Below are positions 28,839 to 39,078 of a stretch of DNA of 64,000 bases, one piece after another. The position numbers were made by a program, and so were the translations under genes. The notes under the pieces are model-generated. The model was not told the DNA's origin. It searched no databases and was given only the letters and a program-made list of their open reading frames with translations. Origin of the DNA: an uncultured Chlamydiales bacterium (GTDB lineage Bacteria; Chlamydiota; Chlamydiia; Chlamydiales; Rhabdochlamydiaceae); contig OY969554.1 of assembly GCA_963700985.1 (NCBI GenBank), positions 1,568,001 to 1,632,000 on the forward strand. Reading direction: 5' to 3'. Position 1 is the first letter of the stretch. Every line of letters starts with the position of its first letter.

Positions 28839-29983
28839 GAAGTGCTCTTGTACACGACTGGCTAGTGGGTATTGGAGGCGGAGAGAAGTGTCTAGAAGCG
28901 ATTTATGACCTCTTTCCCTCTCCAATTTCTACGCTCGTTAAGGATGTAGAAAAGATCAAAGGCATGAACTTTGCCTCTGCCGAGATTGAAACCTCTTTCA
29001 TTCAGAAACTCCCCTTTGCTCGAACAGCATATAGAAATTATCTTCCTCTTTTTTCTTTTGCTATCGAACAATTCGACTTAAGCCAGCATGATCTCATCAT
29101 TTCACTTTCTCATGCTGTTGCCAAAGGTGTGCTTACGCATAGTGATCAACTGCACCTCTGTTACTGCTTTACACCCATGCGGTATGCTTGGAATTTAACC
29201 AATCAGTATTTAGCCGGGCTAGGAGCTTTGCGTAAATTTTGTGCAGGCGTTGCCCTGCATAAGTTGCGGGCGTGGGATGTGGCCTCTGCGGGCCGAGTTG
29301 ACCATTTTGTAGCCATCTCGCAAGTCGTTGAACGCAGAATCCGGAAGGTTTATGGACGCAGCTCAACCGTCATTTATCCTCCTGTGGCAACACACAAGTT
29401 TGTGCTAAATCCCAAAAAAGAAGAGTTCTATCTTACAGCGTCGAGGATGGTGCCATACAAAAAGATCGATCTGATCGTAGAAGCCTTTGCACAAATGCCA
29501 GACAAGCGCCTAATCGTGATTGGTGATGGGCCAGAGATGCAAAAAGTAAAATCCAAGGCAACCAAGAACATTGAAATTTTGGGCCATCAATCGGATATCG
29601 TCCTAAGAGATTACATGGCCCAAGCCAAAGCGTTCGTGTTTGCGGCTGAGGAAGATTTTGGAATTATTGTGGTCGAAGCGCAAGCTTCAGGCACACCCGT
29701 GATCGCGTTTGGAAAAGGCGCTGCTTTAGAGACGGTACTTGATGACAAGACGGGCCTCTTTTTTCCTGATCAGACAGTGGAAAGCCTCATGGTGGCCGTA
29801 GAAGATTTTGAGAAGCGGCAAGATCAGTTCAATGCGCGTGAGATTAGAGCGCATGCTGAATTATTCAATGAAGCGAGATTTAAAAGGCAATTTCACGCCT
29901 TTGTGAAAGCAAAAGTAGAGGAGTACAATGAAAATCGTCATTCTGGCCGGCGGCAGCGGGACGCGTCTTTGGCCCATTTCTAG
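28835..29983 (+). CDS. Glycosyltransferase family 4 (WbaZ-like)
   Basis: ALVHDWL..GGGEK, TPMRYAW, SRMVPYKKID, EDFGIIVVEAQA. Confidence 0.9.
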   Translation: MRSALVHDWLVGIGGGEKCLEAIYDLFPSPISTLVKDVEKIKGMNFASAEIETSFIQKLPFARTAYRNYLPLFSFAIEQFDLSQHDLIISLSHAVAKGVLTHSDQLHLCYCFTPMRYAWNLTNQYLAGLGALRKFCAGVALHKLRAWDVASAGRVDHFVAISQVVERRIRKVYGRSSTVIYPPVATHKFVLNPKKEEFYLTASRMVPYKKIDLIVEAFAQMPDKRLIVIGDGPEMQKVKSKATKNIEILGHQSDIVLRDYMAQAKAFVFAAEEDFGIIVVEAQASGTPVIAFGKGAALETVLDDKTGLFFPDQTVESLMVAVEDFEKRQDQFNAREIRAHAELFNEARFKRQFHAFVKAKVEEYNENRHSGRRQRDASLAHF

Positions 29984-31343
29984 ACGCTCCTTCCCGAAAC
30001 AGTTTCTAAATTTTGGAGATAGCGACTCTCTATTGCAGAAGACGGTTAAGCGCTTCCTGTCGCTTTATGACGCCCAAGATATTCTGATCATGACGCATCA
30101 AGAGTATTTTCATCTGGTGAAGAGTCAAGTCGGTCTCATCGATCGCCAATTAGAGAATCAGATCATCATCGAGCCAGAGCGTAAAAATACCGCCCCTGCC
30201 ATAGCGCTTGCCGTGAAGTATATGCAAGAGTTTATGGGAGCCAAAGACGATGAGTGTTTTGTGGTCTCTTCTTCAGATCATCTTCTATCCCCCGAAGAGA
30301 TCTTCTTAAAAGGCATTAAAGATGCAGAAGAAGTAGCCAAGCAGAAGAGGCATGTGGTCTTTGGGATTCGCCCCCATAAGCCAGAGACAGGCTATGGATA
30401 TATCAAAGCCCCGCATTCTGTTAAGGGCAAAGCGGTAGACGTCGAACGTTTTGTTGAAAAACCCGATAGCGCCACGGCCCAACGCTACCTTTTAAGTGGT
30501 GACTACCTCTGGAATTCAGGAATCTTCGTTTTTAGGATAGATACCTTCGTGCAAGAGATCAAAAAACACTGCTCGCAAATTGGAGAGAAGTGCCAACTTC
30601 CTTTTCAAGAAATGGTCAGCCATTTTTCGGAAATGCCAGACATCTCTATCGACTATGCTCTGCTTGAAAAACCGACCCCCATCTCTGTGATTCCTTTAGA
30701 TATCAGCTGGTCTGATGTGGGCAGTTGGGATAGCGTCTATGATGTTATGGATAAAGATGCTGAGCAGAACGTCAAGATCGGCAATATTTTGGCGCTCGAT
30801 ACAAAGAATTGCCTGATCGTTGGAGGAAGGCGCCTGATCTCAACTATTGGATTAGAAGATCTTCTAATCATCGAGAGTGAAGATGCGATTTTCATCGGCA
30901 AAAAAGGAGAGTCACAACGCATTAAAGCGCTTGTAGATGAACTTAAAGAACGCCAACACAAAGAGGTGCTTGAACACCTAACCACCCATCGCCCCTGGGG
31001 AAGCTTTACCATATTAGAAGAAGGCGAGCGTTATAAGATCAAACGCATTGAGGTCGCGCCTCAGCAGAGACTAAGCCTTCAGATGCATTATCATCGCAGC
31101 GAACATTGGGTGGTAGTCAAGGGCACTGCTAAAGTGACCATCGGCGAGCAGGAGATCTTGGCACATGAAAATGAGAGCGTCTATGTGCCTAAGTCTACCG
31201 TGCACCGACTTGAAAATCCTGGCAAAGTGCCGCTTGAGATCATCGAAGTCCAAGTGGGGGAATATGTCGGCGAGGATGATATCGTGCGCCTAGAAGATAT
31301 CTACGGAAGAATGTCCCCCTCTCTATCTCATGCCCATGCTTGA
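29928..31343 (+). CDS. manC: Mannose-1-phosphate guanylyltransferase / mannose-6-phosphate isomerase
   Basis: ILAGGSGTRLWP, WNSGIF, WSDVGSW, RPWG, LSLQMHYHRSEHW. Confidence 0.96.
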   Translation: MKIVILAGGSGTRLWPISRRSFPKQFLNFGDSDSLLQKTVKRFLSLYDAQDILIMTHQEYFHLVKSQVGLIDRQLENQIIIEPERKNTAPAIALAVKYMQEFMGAKDDECFVVSSSDHLLSPEEIFLKGIKDAEEVAKQKRHVVFGIRPHKPETGYGYIKAPHSVKGKAVDVERFVEKPDSATAQRYLLSGDYLWNSGIFVFRIDTFVQEIKKHCSQIGEKCQLPFQEMVSHFSEMPDISIDYALLEKPTPISVIPLDISWSDVGSWDSVYDVMDKDAEQNVKIGNILALDTKNCLIVGGRRLISTIGLEDLLIIESEDAIFIGKKGESQRIKALVDELKERQHKEVLEHLTTHRPWGSFTILEEGERYKIKRIEVAPQQRLSLQMHYHRSEHWVVVKGTAKVTIGEQEILAHENESVYVPKSTVHRLENPGKVPLEIIEVQVGEYVGEDDIVRLEDIYGRMSPSLSHAHA

Positions 31344-32688
31344 AAAATTTGAGTTGTTTTATGGAGCCTTGAGATTCTCTCCGCTTTGGTTGGCGGTTGA
31401 TCTTTTGCTCATTTTACATTTTTTTACCGCCTGGTTTTTTTCTTGGAGAAAAACTGGTTGGAAGCTCGATTTTTGGTGGCTCACACTCTTTTTCCAGTTC
31501 TTTATTTTCATTCTCATGATGTACCCGGTTAATGCCTCGATATTCAATATGGCATCGGTGAATGGGGAGATGGGGCGGATTGAGCCATTTGTCGATCGCG
31601 CGTTTTCGATTAGCGTCTTGGGCTATGTATTCTTATGGGTTGGACGTTATCTGCACGACGGGTTGGGAAAAAAGATTCTCTTCTTGCCGCTTAGAAAAGT
31701 TATGAGCGGCATAGAAATGATCATCATCAAGAACGTCTCATCAAGATTTGTTTGTATCTCTTTGGGTCTTCTGACGCTTTGCCTATCTCTGGTCATTTTC
31801 CCTTTTTCTGTAGCAGCAGGGCATAATTTTTCGGCTCGCGACTATTTTTTGGAGGCGGATACTTTGCGTCCCCTTTTTAACCTTACTTTATGCTGCTTCA
31901 CCATAACCATCTGGTATTTAGGCGTGAATTATCAGCAATGGCGAAGAAGAAGCATGCTGGCACTGCTGGTCACATTTTTGCTTCTTTCCGTTTTTTTAGG
32001 GTCGAGATGGATCATTATTTCAAGCGTGATTTTTGTGCTTTCTTATCGAGTTTTTTCCAATAAGGGAAAGGTCTCTTTATGGAAAATGGGCGTCGGCTGC
32101 GCAGGCCTTTTAATGATTGCAATTTTCCTTGCTGGATTGCGGGGAACCATGGGTGGTCCGCTCGAGCTGCTAGCAAATTTTTGGTATGAATTTTTTTACA
32201 GCAGTCACTTTTCCGATAATCGCGATTTTGCCTGGCTGCTCTCTTATTGGGATGGGGAACTGCTTTACGGAAAAACCTACCTAGCCGCGTTTCTCTCTTT
32301 TCTTCCTCGCTTCGCCTCCGCATTTCGCAGCAGCTGGAGTTATGGAGCCTATACCGCGGACTTAGCCCAACTCGATACGACATTACATGCCGGGCTACGT
32401 TCGGGGCCTTTCGGAGAGATGTACTTTAATTTTGGATGCCTGGGCGTAATTCTAATCGGCTTGCTAGCTGGCTATACCCTGCGCGTGGCCGATGTTCGCC
32501 TGAAAGAGGCAATCACGAAAGAGGACAATGTCATCAAGGGGTATGCCTGTACTTTCGCCTATTTTTTAGTCTCGAACCTCTTAAATTCAGCCGGTTTCTG
32601 GCTTTTCTACTTCTTCATATTTGTAAATATAGTTCTATATTTACTTAGACGACAAAAAATTTACTCTAATAAAGCCGCCTCAATTTGA
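31330..32688 (+). CDS. Polysaccharide repeat-unit polymerase (Wzy-like)
   Basis: About 10 TM segments; HAGLR..GEMYFNFG loop; last gene of a cluster containing wzx. Confidence 0.7.
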   Translation: MPMLEKFELFYGALRFSPLWLAVDLLLILHFFTAWFFSWRKTGWKLDFWWLTLFFQFFIFILMMYPVNASIFNMASVNGEMGRIEPFVDRAFSISVLGYVFLWVGRYLHDGLGKKILFLPLRKVMSGIEMIIIKNVSSRFVCISLGLLTLCLSLVIFPFSVAAGHNFSARDYFLEADTLRPLFNLTLCCFTITIWYLGVNYQQWRRRSMLALLVTFLLLSVFLGSRWIIISSVIFVLSYRVFSNKGKVSLWKMGVGCAGLLMIAIFLAGLRGTMGGPLELLANFWYEFFYSSHFSDNRDFAWLLSYWDGELLYGKTYLAAFLSFLPRFASAFRSSWSYGAYTADLAQLDTTLHAGLRSGPFGEMYFNFGCLGVILIGLLAGYTLRVADVRLKEAITKEDNVIKGYACTFAYFLVSNLLNSAGFWLFYFFIFVNIVLYLLRRQKIYSNKAASI

Positions 32689-32731
32689 TTTTGAGGCAAT
32701 AAACTAGAATTCTCGTTATTATTCTCTTCCT

Positions 32732-33703
32732 ATGAACCTTCTGCCTAAAGATATTAATGGATCTCCTTTTCTGCTTCTTGCTCCAATGGAGGGGGTGGGT
32801 GATCGCTGCTTTCGTAAAGCCATGGCCTCAATTGGCGGATTCGACGAAGCTGTAAGAGATTTTCTGCGTGTTCCAAAAAATGCACACGTCAAAAGCCTCG
32901 CTTTGGCCTATCAAGCTGACGAACTCGCCCCGACCCCACTCGTATGTCAACTGATGGGTTCCGATCCTGAATTAATGGCTGCAATGGCCCAAGAAATAGA
33001 AAATAGAGGCGCTCCGCGAATCGATTTCAATTGCGGATGTCCTTCCAACACGGTAACTGGTCGTGGTGCCGGTTCGAGTCTTTTAAAAGAACCAAATTTT
33101 CTCTATCAGAATGCCAAGGCGCTCGTCGAAGCTGTTTCCATTCCAGTCACATTAAAAATGCGCTCGGGCTATGAAGACATCTCGCTTTTTAAAGAAAATC
33201 TGTTTGCCGCCCAAGAAAGTGGAGTGCGCTATATCACACTGCATCCACGCACGAAAGTGGATGGCTATGGTCCTCCGGCTAGATGGGATCTCATCGCTGA
33301 AGCCAAAGCCCTCCTAAAAATTCCCGTGGTTGGCAATGGCGATATCCTCAATGTAGCAGACGCTCTTGAAATGTTAAAAACCACACACTGTGATGCACTC
33401 ATGATCGGCAGAGGAAGCATCATCAACCCCTTTATCTTCCATCAGATTCGCGCGCACTTTTCGGGCGTGCCCTATCAGCCTGAATGGCTAGATCTTCTGC
33501 GTTATTTTGATGTTTACCGCGCAGAAATTGCCGAAGAGATGTCAAAAAAAGTGAAGATAAATAAGCTCAAACAGCTGCTCAGCTTTATTTTTAAAGGCAA
33601 CGCAGAGCTGCTTAACCGACGCCAAACCATTCTCACCTTTCAGCCCGATGATGCCGATTCTTTCATGCAATTCGCTTTGCCTCTCCTAAAAGAAGGCTGG
33701 TAA
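32732..33703 (+). CDS. tRNA-dihydrouridine synthase (Dus family)
   Basis: LAPMEG, DFNCGCP, GAGSSLL, HPRT, GNGDI, MIGRG. Confidence 0.93.
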   Translation: MNLLPKDINGSPFLLLAPMEGVGDRCFRKAMASIGGFDEAVRDFLRVPKNAHVKSLALAYQADELAPTPLVCQLMGSDPELMAAMAQEIENRGAPRIDFNCGCPSNTVTGRGAGSSLLKEPNFLYQNAKALVEAVSIPVTLKMRSGYEDISLFKENLFAAQESGVRYITLHPRTKVDGYGPPARWDLIAEAKALLKIPVVGNGDILNVADALEMLKTTHCDALMIGRGSIINPFIFHQIRAHFSGVPYQPEWLDLLRYFDVYRAEIAEEMSKKVKINKLKQLLSFIFKGNAELLNRRQTILTFQPDDADSFMQFALPLLKEGW

Positions 33704-33755
33704 GAAATAAATTTACCTTGCAGAATTGCAATAGCATCTCTAATATGCAGGGTAT

Positions 33756-34991
33756 ATGAGATATTTACCCAGGCACCTTGAGAAGCAAATTCTCGAGTCA
33801 GCAAAGCATTTTAAAGCCATACTTCTTCTTGGCGCCAGACAGGCAGGAAAAAGTACGCTTCTTTCACATCTTTTCCCTAACATGAAGGCTATTGTTTTTG
33901 ATCCTATTCAAGACCTCTATAAAGCTAGACAAGACCCAGATCTTTTTCTTAGTTCCTTTCCCTCTCCTCTCATTTTGGACGAGGTACAGTATGTTCCTGA
34001 GCTACTCGCGGCGCTCAAGAGAAAAATGGATCAAAATGAAGCAAAGGGACAATACTTTCTTACAGGCTCTCAAAACTTCAGTATGTTACGAACAATTGCC
34101 GAGAGCATGGCTGGCCGTGTCGCCATTTTCCATCTAGATAATTTCACCCCCCAAGAGATGTTAGGGAGGGGAAGCGAAGAAGGATGGGTCTCATATTATT
34201 TAGAAGATCCCGAAGGTTTTTACAAACGCAGACAATTTCTTCCCCCTACATTCCCTTCTCTAGTTGAGTTTCTATTTAGAGGGACTTTTCCTGCAACGCT
34301 CGATCTTCCAATGACGCAAATGCCTCTCTACTTTCGCTCCTATTTGCAAACCTATGTCGATCGCGATGTGCGTCTGCAGGAAGATATCCGTCAGCTCGCA
34401 GAATTCGATCGGTTTTTAGGCATCATCGCTTCACTAACTGCACAGGAAATAAGTCCTACTCATCTAGGTCGAGAGATCGGAATTTCCCCACATACGGCAC
34501 GCCGTTGGCTAGATCTCCTCTCGTTTACTTATCAATGGTTTGAGTTACTTCCCTATCACGGAAACACCATCAAGCGCATCAGCGGAAAGAAAAAAGGATA
34601 CTTTAAAGATACCGGTTTTGCTTGTTATCTCCAAAAAGTTGATTCGGCTGATGGATTAGCAGTTAGTCCGAAATTAGGCGCAGTTTTTGAAACATGGGCG
34701 ATCAACTGCATCCATCAACAATTTGCGATGCTCCCCGTCCCCCCAAATAGTTACCATTGGCGGACTGCTAGTGGGGCAGAAGTCGATCTTATTTTAGAGA
34801 GAAATGGAAAACTCTATCCAATCGAAATGAAATGTAAGACCAATCTGACTAAAGGCGATCTGTCTGGATTAAAAGCCTTTCGTGAGACCTATTCGAAAAT
34901 GGAAGTGATGCCAGGCCTTGTCATCTACGCAGGCTCAGAAATTTTCAAGCTTGACGAACATACACATGCGATCCCTTGGAGCCTTCTCTAA
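33756..34991 (+). CDS. AAA+ ATPase (AAA_14) with DUF4143 / PD-(D/E)xK-like C-terminus
   Basis: Walker A GARQAGKS, Walker B ILDEVQ, LTGSQ, EVDLILE...IEMK. Confidence 0.88.
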   Translation: MRYLPRHLEKQILESAKHFKAILLLGARQAGKSTLLSHLFPNMKAIVFDPIQDLYKARQDPDLFLSSFPSPLILDEVQYVPELLAALKRKMDQNEAKGQYFLTGSQNFSMLRTIAESMAGRVAIFHLDNFTPQEMLGRGSEEGWVSYYLEDPEGFYKRRQFLPPTFPSLVEFLFRGTFPATLDLPMTQMPLYFRSYLQTYVDRDVRLQEDIRQLAEFDRFLGIIASLTAQEISPTHLGREIGISPHTARRWLDLLSFTYQWFELLPYHGNTIKRISGKKKGYFKDTGFACYLQKVDSADGLAVSPKLGAVFETWAINCIHQQFAMLPVPPNSYHWRTASGAEVDLILERNGKLYPIEMKCKTNLTKGDLSGLKAFRETYSKMEVMPGLVIYAGSEIFKLDEHTHAIPWSLL

Positions 34992-35076
34992 GAAGATGTC
35001 CACCGAAAGAGGGGTGGCACTAAATCACAAAAGATTCGAAAATTGATCGAAACATTTTTGTAGGGTTAGGTTTCGC

Positions 35077-36474
35077 ATGCCTTATTTTCTCATTCTTTTA
35101 TTGCTCCTGACACTTCAATCACCGACTGAGCTCTCAGCAAAAAATAAAAAGAGTCGAAAGGCTAAGCCGGCACAAACGCAGATTTCAAGTGGCCCATCAG
35201 TTCAGAGTGAAATAACTCTGGAAAACTATCTAGAGCGAGAGACGCTGCTCAGCTTTCTCAACAAGGAGCTGTTTTTAGATAAGCTGCAAAAACAGCCTCC
35301 TCTTTGGATGAGAGAGCAGATCAGAGAAGATTTTAAAGAGTTTGACGGGATTTCTAAAAACCAGGTAGATGCAACTTTTGACGCGATTAGAAAAAATTAT
35401 CCGACTTTTTATATCGTTCGCTATCGCATTTTCAATAATCAACTCTATCGATATTTTCCCAAAGACGAACAGTTATCTTTTCACTCTGAATTTGAGCCCT
35501 CCTCTGATTTTCCCAAGGAAGAGCTAATCTCTTTAGATGACAATCACACCGAAAAGGCCTTAAAAACCTTGCTTCATTTGCTCTCTTTTAAAGACATGGA
35601 TTTTATCCTTAGTTACAAAGATGGCATGCCCGAACAAGCGATGCCAAAAGGTTTTTATTTTACCCCTGATAAGCATCTTCAAGCCCCTATTCTTTGCCCA
35701 GCCAAATTAAAAGGAACTCCTTATGCCGCATTGATTCCGGATTGGCGCTCTCTTGGAGATTGGTGGGCTTTAGATATTAAAAGTGTTTTGTCCTCTATGG
35801 GAAAAACTCCGTGGGAGAAGAAAAAAAATATCGCTTTTTGGCGCGGAAGTTTAACTCGGTTTCGCCGGCTTAATTTTTGTGAGCTCACCAATGTTTATCC
35901 ACGCTATATCGACGCTAAATTAAATCTAAAAATCGAAGGAAACGCACCCCTTCAAGCCTACATTGAAAAACAGGGTCTATATAGCCCCAAAGTTTCTTGG
36001 GAAGAATTTTTGGGATATAAATATCTGCCAAATTTAGATGGAGTTATGTGCGCCGCATCTGCATTTTTATGGCGCCTTCTTTCTGATTCAGTCATCTTGA
36101 AGCAAGAATCTAACGAGATTCAATGGTTTTATGGGGCACTAGAACCCTATGTGCACTACGTGCCGATCAAAAATGACTTTAGCAACATCATTGAGCAGAT
36201 TCATTGGGCAGAACAAAATGACTCGATTTGCAAAGAGATCGCCGAACGTTCAACTCAGTTTGCTTTGGAAAATCTGATGTTCGAAGATGTCTATCTCTAT
36301 TTTTATCTCGTCTTGAAGCACTATTCATACCTGCAAACTCTCAATAGAGAAGAGATCGCAAAAGAGCTAAACGAAGATCCTAGATGGGTGAATATTCAAC
36401 AGCGAGAAGCATTGAAACAGCAGGTAAACAGCAGTAAGTTGTTCGGATATACCAATAGACGCACTCCCTATTAA
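35077..36474 (+). CDS. Glycosyltransferase family 90 (CAP10/POGLUT-like) with signal peptide
   Basis: PWEKK..AFWRGS, YKYLPNLDG, LLSDSVILKQ, QWFY..LEPYVHYVPI. Confidence 0.8.
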   Translation: MPYFLILLLLLTLQSPTELSAKNKKSRKAKPAQTQISSGPSVQSEITLENYLERETLLSFLNKELFLDKLQKQPPLWMREQIREDFKEFDGISKNQVDATFDAIRKNYPTFYIVRYRIFNNQLYRYFPKDEQLSFHSEFEPSSDFPKEELISLDDNHTEKALKTLLHLLSFKDMDFILSYKDGMPEQAMPKGFYFTPDKHLQAPILCPAKLKGTPYAALIPDWRSLGDWWALDIKSVLSSMGKTPWEKKKNIAFWRGSLTRFRRLNFCELTNVYPRYIDAKLNLKIEGNAPLQAYIEKQGLYSPKVSWEEFLGYKYLPNLDGVMCAASAFLWRLLSDSVILKQESNEIQWFYGALEPYVHYVPIKNDFSNIIEQIHWAEQNDSICKEIAERSTQFALENLMFEDVYLYFYLVLKHYSYLQTLNREEIAKELNEDPRWVNIQQREALKQQVNSSKLFGYTNRRTPY

Positions 36475-37358
36475 TCCTGCAGATCTCCGAACATAATTTT
36501 TCGAAGCGGTGGAAGATTAGGTTCGATCGACAGATCTTCAATGCGATTAAATTGCTGGGTCAAATCGAGAAAATAGGCGAGAGCCTCACGCTTAAGATGC
36601 ATAGCGAGATTTTGCGGTTGAAATTCTAGCCGAAGGTGACATCTTTTATTTATGCATTCCTGCATATCGCGCGTCCAGTAATGGTTGATGCGAAAATCGG
36701 TTGGATTTAGAAATTTGCGTTTATACCCCTTTTTCAGATGTGCTTCATGTACAAGGCAGTCGGCAACGGCTTGAGGTTTGTGAAGACATTTCGTTAAGGC
36801 GTGCCAAGGATGTTTGTCATCAGCTCGCATGGTAAGAGTTTCAGTTAGCAGCTTATTCTCGGGAATCTTCCACACATCCGATGTGCCGTAGATCATCCAG
36901 TTTAAAACCAAAGAGCCTGTATCTGTGCGCGCTTCTCGATTGAGAAGGGCAAATAGGGAATCTTTTCCTTGGGTCGGCACGATATATTCATCGATATCGA
37001 GCACAGCCAGCCATTGAACGTTATATTTTGTAAGTTGGATGCAATGATTGAAGGCTTTGATTTGATAGGCGTCAAAAGCGTGACCGCGATGATCTTTGTG
37101 TGCAGGTATATTCGGCCAAGGGATGACCTCTACGAGTCCCGCTAGGATATAGGGTTTAAGAACTTCTAAGGTGTTGTCTGTGCTTTCGTTTTCATAGAGA
37201 TAGAAATGCTCAACCCCAAGAAGCCTATGGTACTCAATCCATTCGCGCACCCAAGGGGCCTCATTTTTAAACATGGTGCATATCGCCAGTTTATATGAGG
37301 CACAAAAGAGTTGACCCTGAAAGATCAATACCAGGATTGAGGCTAGAAAAAACCGCAA
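36471..37358 (-). CDS. Glycosyltransferase family 92 (DUF23-like) with signal peptide
   Basis: FKNEAPWVREWIEYH..LGVEHFYLY, WLAVLDIDEY, INHY; TTG start. Confidence 0.8.
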   Translation of the reverse strand: MRFFLASILVLIFQGQLFCASYKLAICTMFKNEAPWVREWIEYHRLLGVEHFYLYENESTDNTLEVLKPYILAGLVEVIPWPNIPAHKDHRGHAFDAYQIKAFNHCIQLTKYNVQWLAVLDIDEYIVPTQGKDSLFALLNREARTDTGSLVLNWMIYGTSDVWKIPENKLLTETLTMRADDKHPWHALTKCLHKPQAVADCLVHEAHLKKGYKRKFLNPTDFRINHYWTRDMQECINKRCHLRLEFQPQNLAMHLKREALAYFLDLTQQFNRIEDLSIEPNLPPLRKIMFGDLQD

Positions 37359-37360
37359 GA

Positions 37361-38050
37361 TTACCAGCTTGTTCTGTCTTCTTTACCGTAGAAATTTACT
37401 CGATAGAAGGAGGGTCTGAGAACTTTATATGTGTAGCCTGGTTTTAAATAATCCTCGTGGTCCAAACCATTTTTGATCGCTTCTGGTTTGTGGATGCATT
37501 TTGTAAAAGCATTGCTGGGATGCTTGTTACCTGCAACCTGCTGGTCGTTTGGTATCTCAGCCACATCGTTATCAAAGATCACACGATATAAGGCCACAGT
37601 GCCGGTTCTTTTACGCGATTCGCGATCTAATAAAGAGATTAGGGAGTCACGGTGTTGAGTTGGAAAGATGTATTCATGGATGTCGAGGATTGCCAGCCAT
37701 TCAACGATCCCATTGCAGCGATGGATGCAGTTGTTGAAAGCTTTCATTTGATAAGTATCGAAGCGATTATCTCTCAGAGCAACGTGATCGGGCAGAGTTG
37801 CCCAAGGAATAACCTCAACAATTCCTTTTTCCACGTAAGGCTTAAGAACCTCTAGCGTGTTATCTGTGCTTCCATCTTCGTAGAGGTAAAAATGCTCAAC
37901 ACCTAACTGGCGATGGTATTCGATCCAATCGCTAACCCAGGGAGCCTCATTTTTAATGAGCGTGCAGATGGCCATTTTGTAAGGTGTGCAAAAAAGACCG
38001 GTTTGAAAGATGAAGAGCAGAAGAGAAGTGAATAAGGATTTTAAAAGCAT
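37361..38050 (-). CDS. Shorter, degenerate GT92-family paralog
   Basis: Similar to the neighbour, but DIDE is DIHE, with an internal deletion and a shorter C-terminus. Confidence 0.7.
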   Translation of the reverse strand: MLLKSLFTSLLLFIFQTGLFCTPYKMAICTLIKNEAPWVSDWIEYHRQLGVEHFYLYEDGSTDNTLEVLKPYVEKGIVEVIPWATLPDHVALRDNRFDTYQMKAFNNCIHRCNGIVEWLAILDIHEYIFPTQHRDSLISLLDRESRKRTGTVALYRVIFDNDVAEIPNDQQVAGNKHPSNAFTKCIHKPEAIKNGLDHEDYLKPGYTYKVLRPSFYRVNFYGKEDRTSW

Positions 38051-38208
38051 ATCATTATGTCTGTTGTAAAAGTGAAGATTGGTTAGTAGTTCATAATTTT
38101 TAGTGCTCTATCATACCGATGAGGCTAATTATTTGGATCAACAGATTGCTGACATCTACTCGTAACTGGATTGGGATGTTTTCCCGAGCGAAAGCTAAGA
38201 AATTCTGT

Positions 38209-39078
38209 TCATTCACTCAAAATAAAGCCAACTTCACGCAGGGAGCTTAGATTTTGCAGTACAAATTTTGGATAAGAATCGTCGATGGCAACGAGATTGC
38301 AATCTTGACTCAGCAAGGTTTTCAAGGCGTGGAAATTTTTATATTCGGGTTTGTTGAGCTCAGCATGAGAAAATGACTCAAGCTTTAGGATTAATCTGTC
38401 GATGCCGCCCATCCATGAAAAATGCCAGCCTGAGTTTTTAATAATAGGGAGGAAAGGGCTTTTTTTCCCGAGACGAATAGGCGTTGTGCGGCTATCCCTT
38501 AGAAATTGAGGCGATTTCTGTTTTAGAAAACCATATGTCGTGGCGCTGCTTCCAATCCAAGGTGCTCTCTCTTGTACGTTTAAGAAAAAACGATAAAAAG
38601 TTTGCTCGCAATGCACGTAGGGATATTTTTTTGCGCTTAAGCACTCCACAATTGTGTCTACTGAACTTGCGCGAATGATCTCATCCAAATCGGAGATCAT
38701 AATTATATCATTATTCTTACAGCCGACAAGCGCTCTCATGATCTGATTGCGCTGAAAACTTTCATTTGCCCAGGAATCTGAAACGGGGTCGTCGATGAGC
38801 ACCCAGAAGATTTTATCGGCAAATTTGGCAAAACGCTGCGCATTTTCTTTGAAATACAGAGGCTTTGGATTGCCCTGAAAGGTTTTGGTCGATTCAACGA
38901 TGACGAATTTATCTACCTTGCCATAGAGCTCATTTAATCGAACTTCGAGAAGCTCCAGTTCATTAAAAAACATGAAGCAATCATAGATCTTTGGTTTTGC
39001 GGCACTTAAGAAAGCGGATGAGAAAATGAAGCAAATTAGTAGAAAAGAGGAGAGAAGAAAATGCCTAAACTTGTTCAT
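38209..39078 (-). CDS. Glycosyltransferase family 17 (MGAT3-like) with signal peptide
   Basis: IYDCFMFFNELELLEVRL.EL, FVIVES..TFQG.PKPL, ISDLDEI, GWHFSW...KLESFSH. Confidence 0.85.
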   Translation of the reverse strand: MNKFRHFLLSSFLLICFIFSSAFLSAAKPKIYDCFMFFNELELLEVRLNELYGKVDKFVIVESTKTFQGNPKPLYFKENAQRFAKFADKIFWVLIDDPVSDSWANESFQRNQIMRALVGCKNNDIIMISDLDEIIRASSVDTIVECLSAKKYPYVHCEQTFYRFFLNVQERAPWIGSSATTYGFLKQKSPQFLRDSRTTPIRLGKKSPFLPIIKNSGWHFSWMGGIDRLILKLESFSHAELNKPEYKNFHALKTLLSQDCNLVAIDDSYPKFVLQNLSSLREVGFILSE

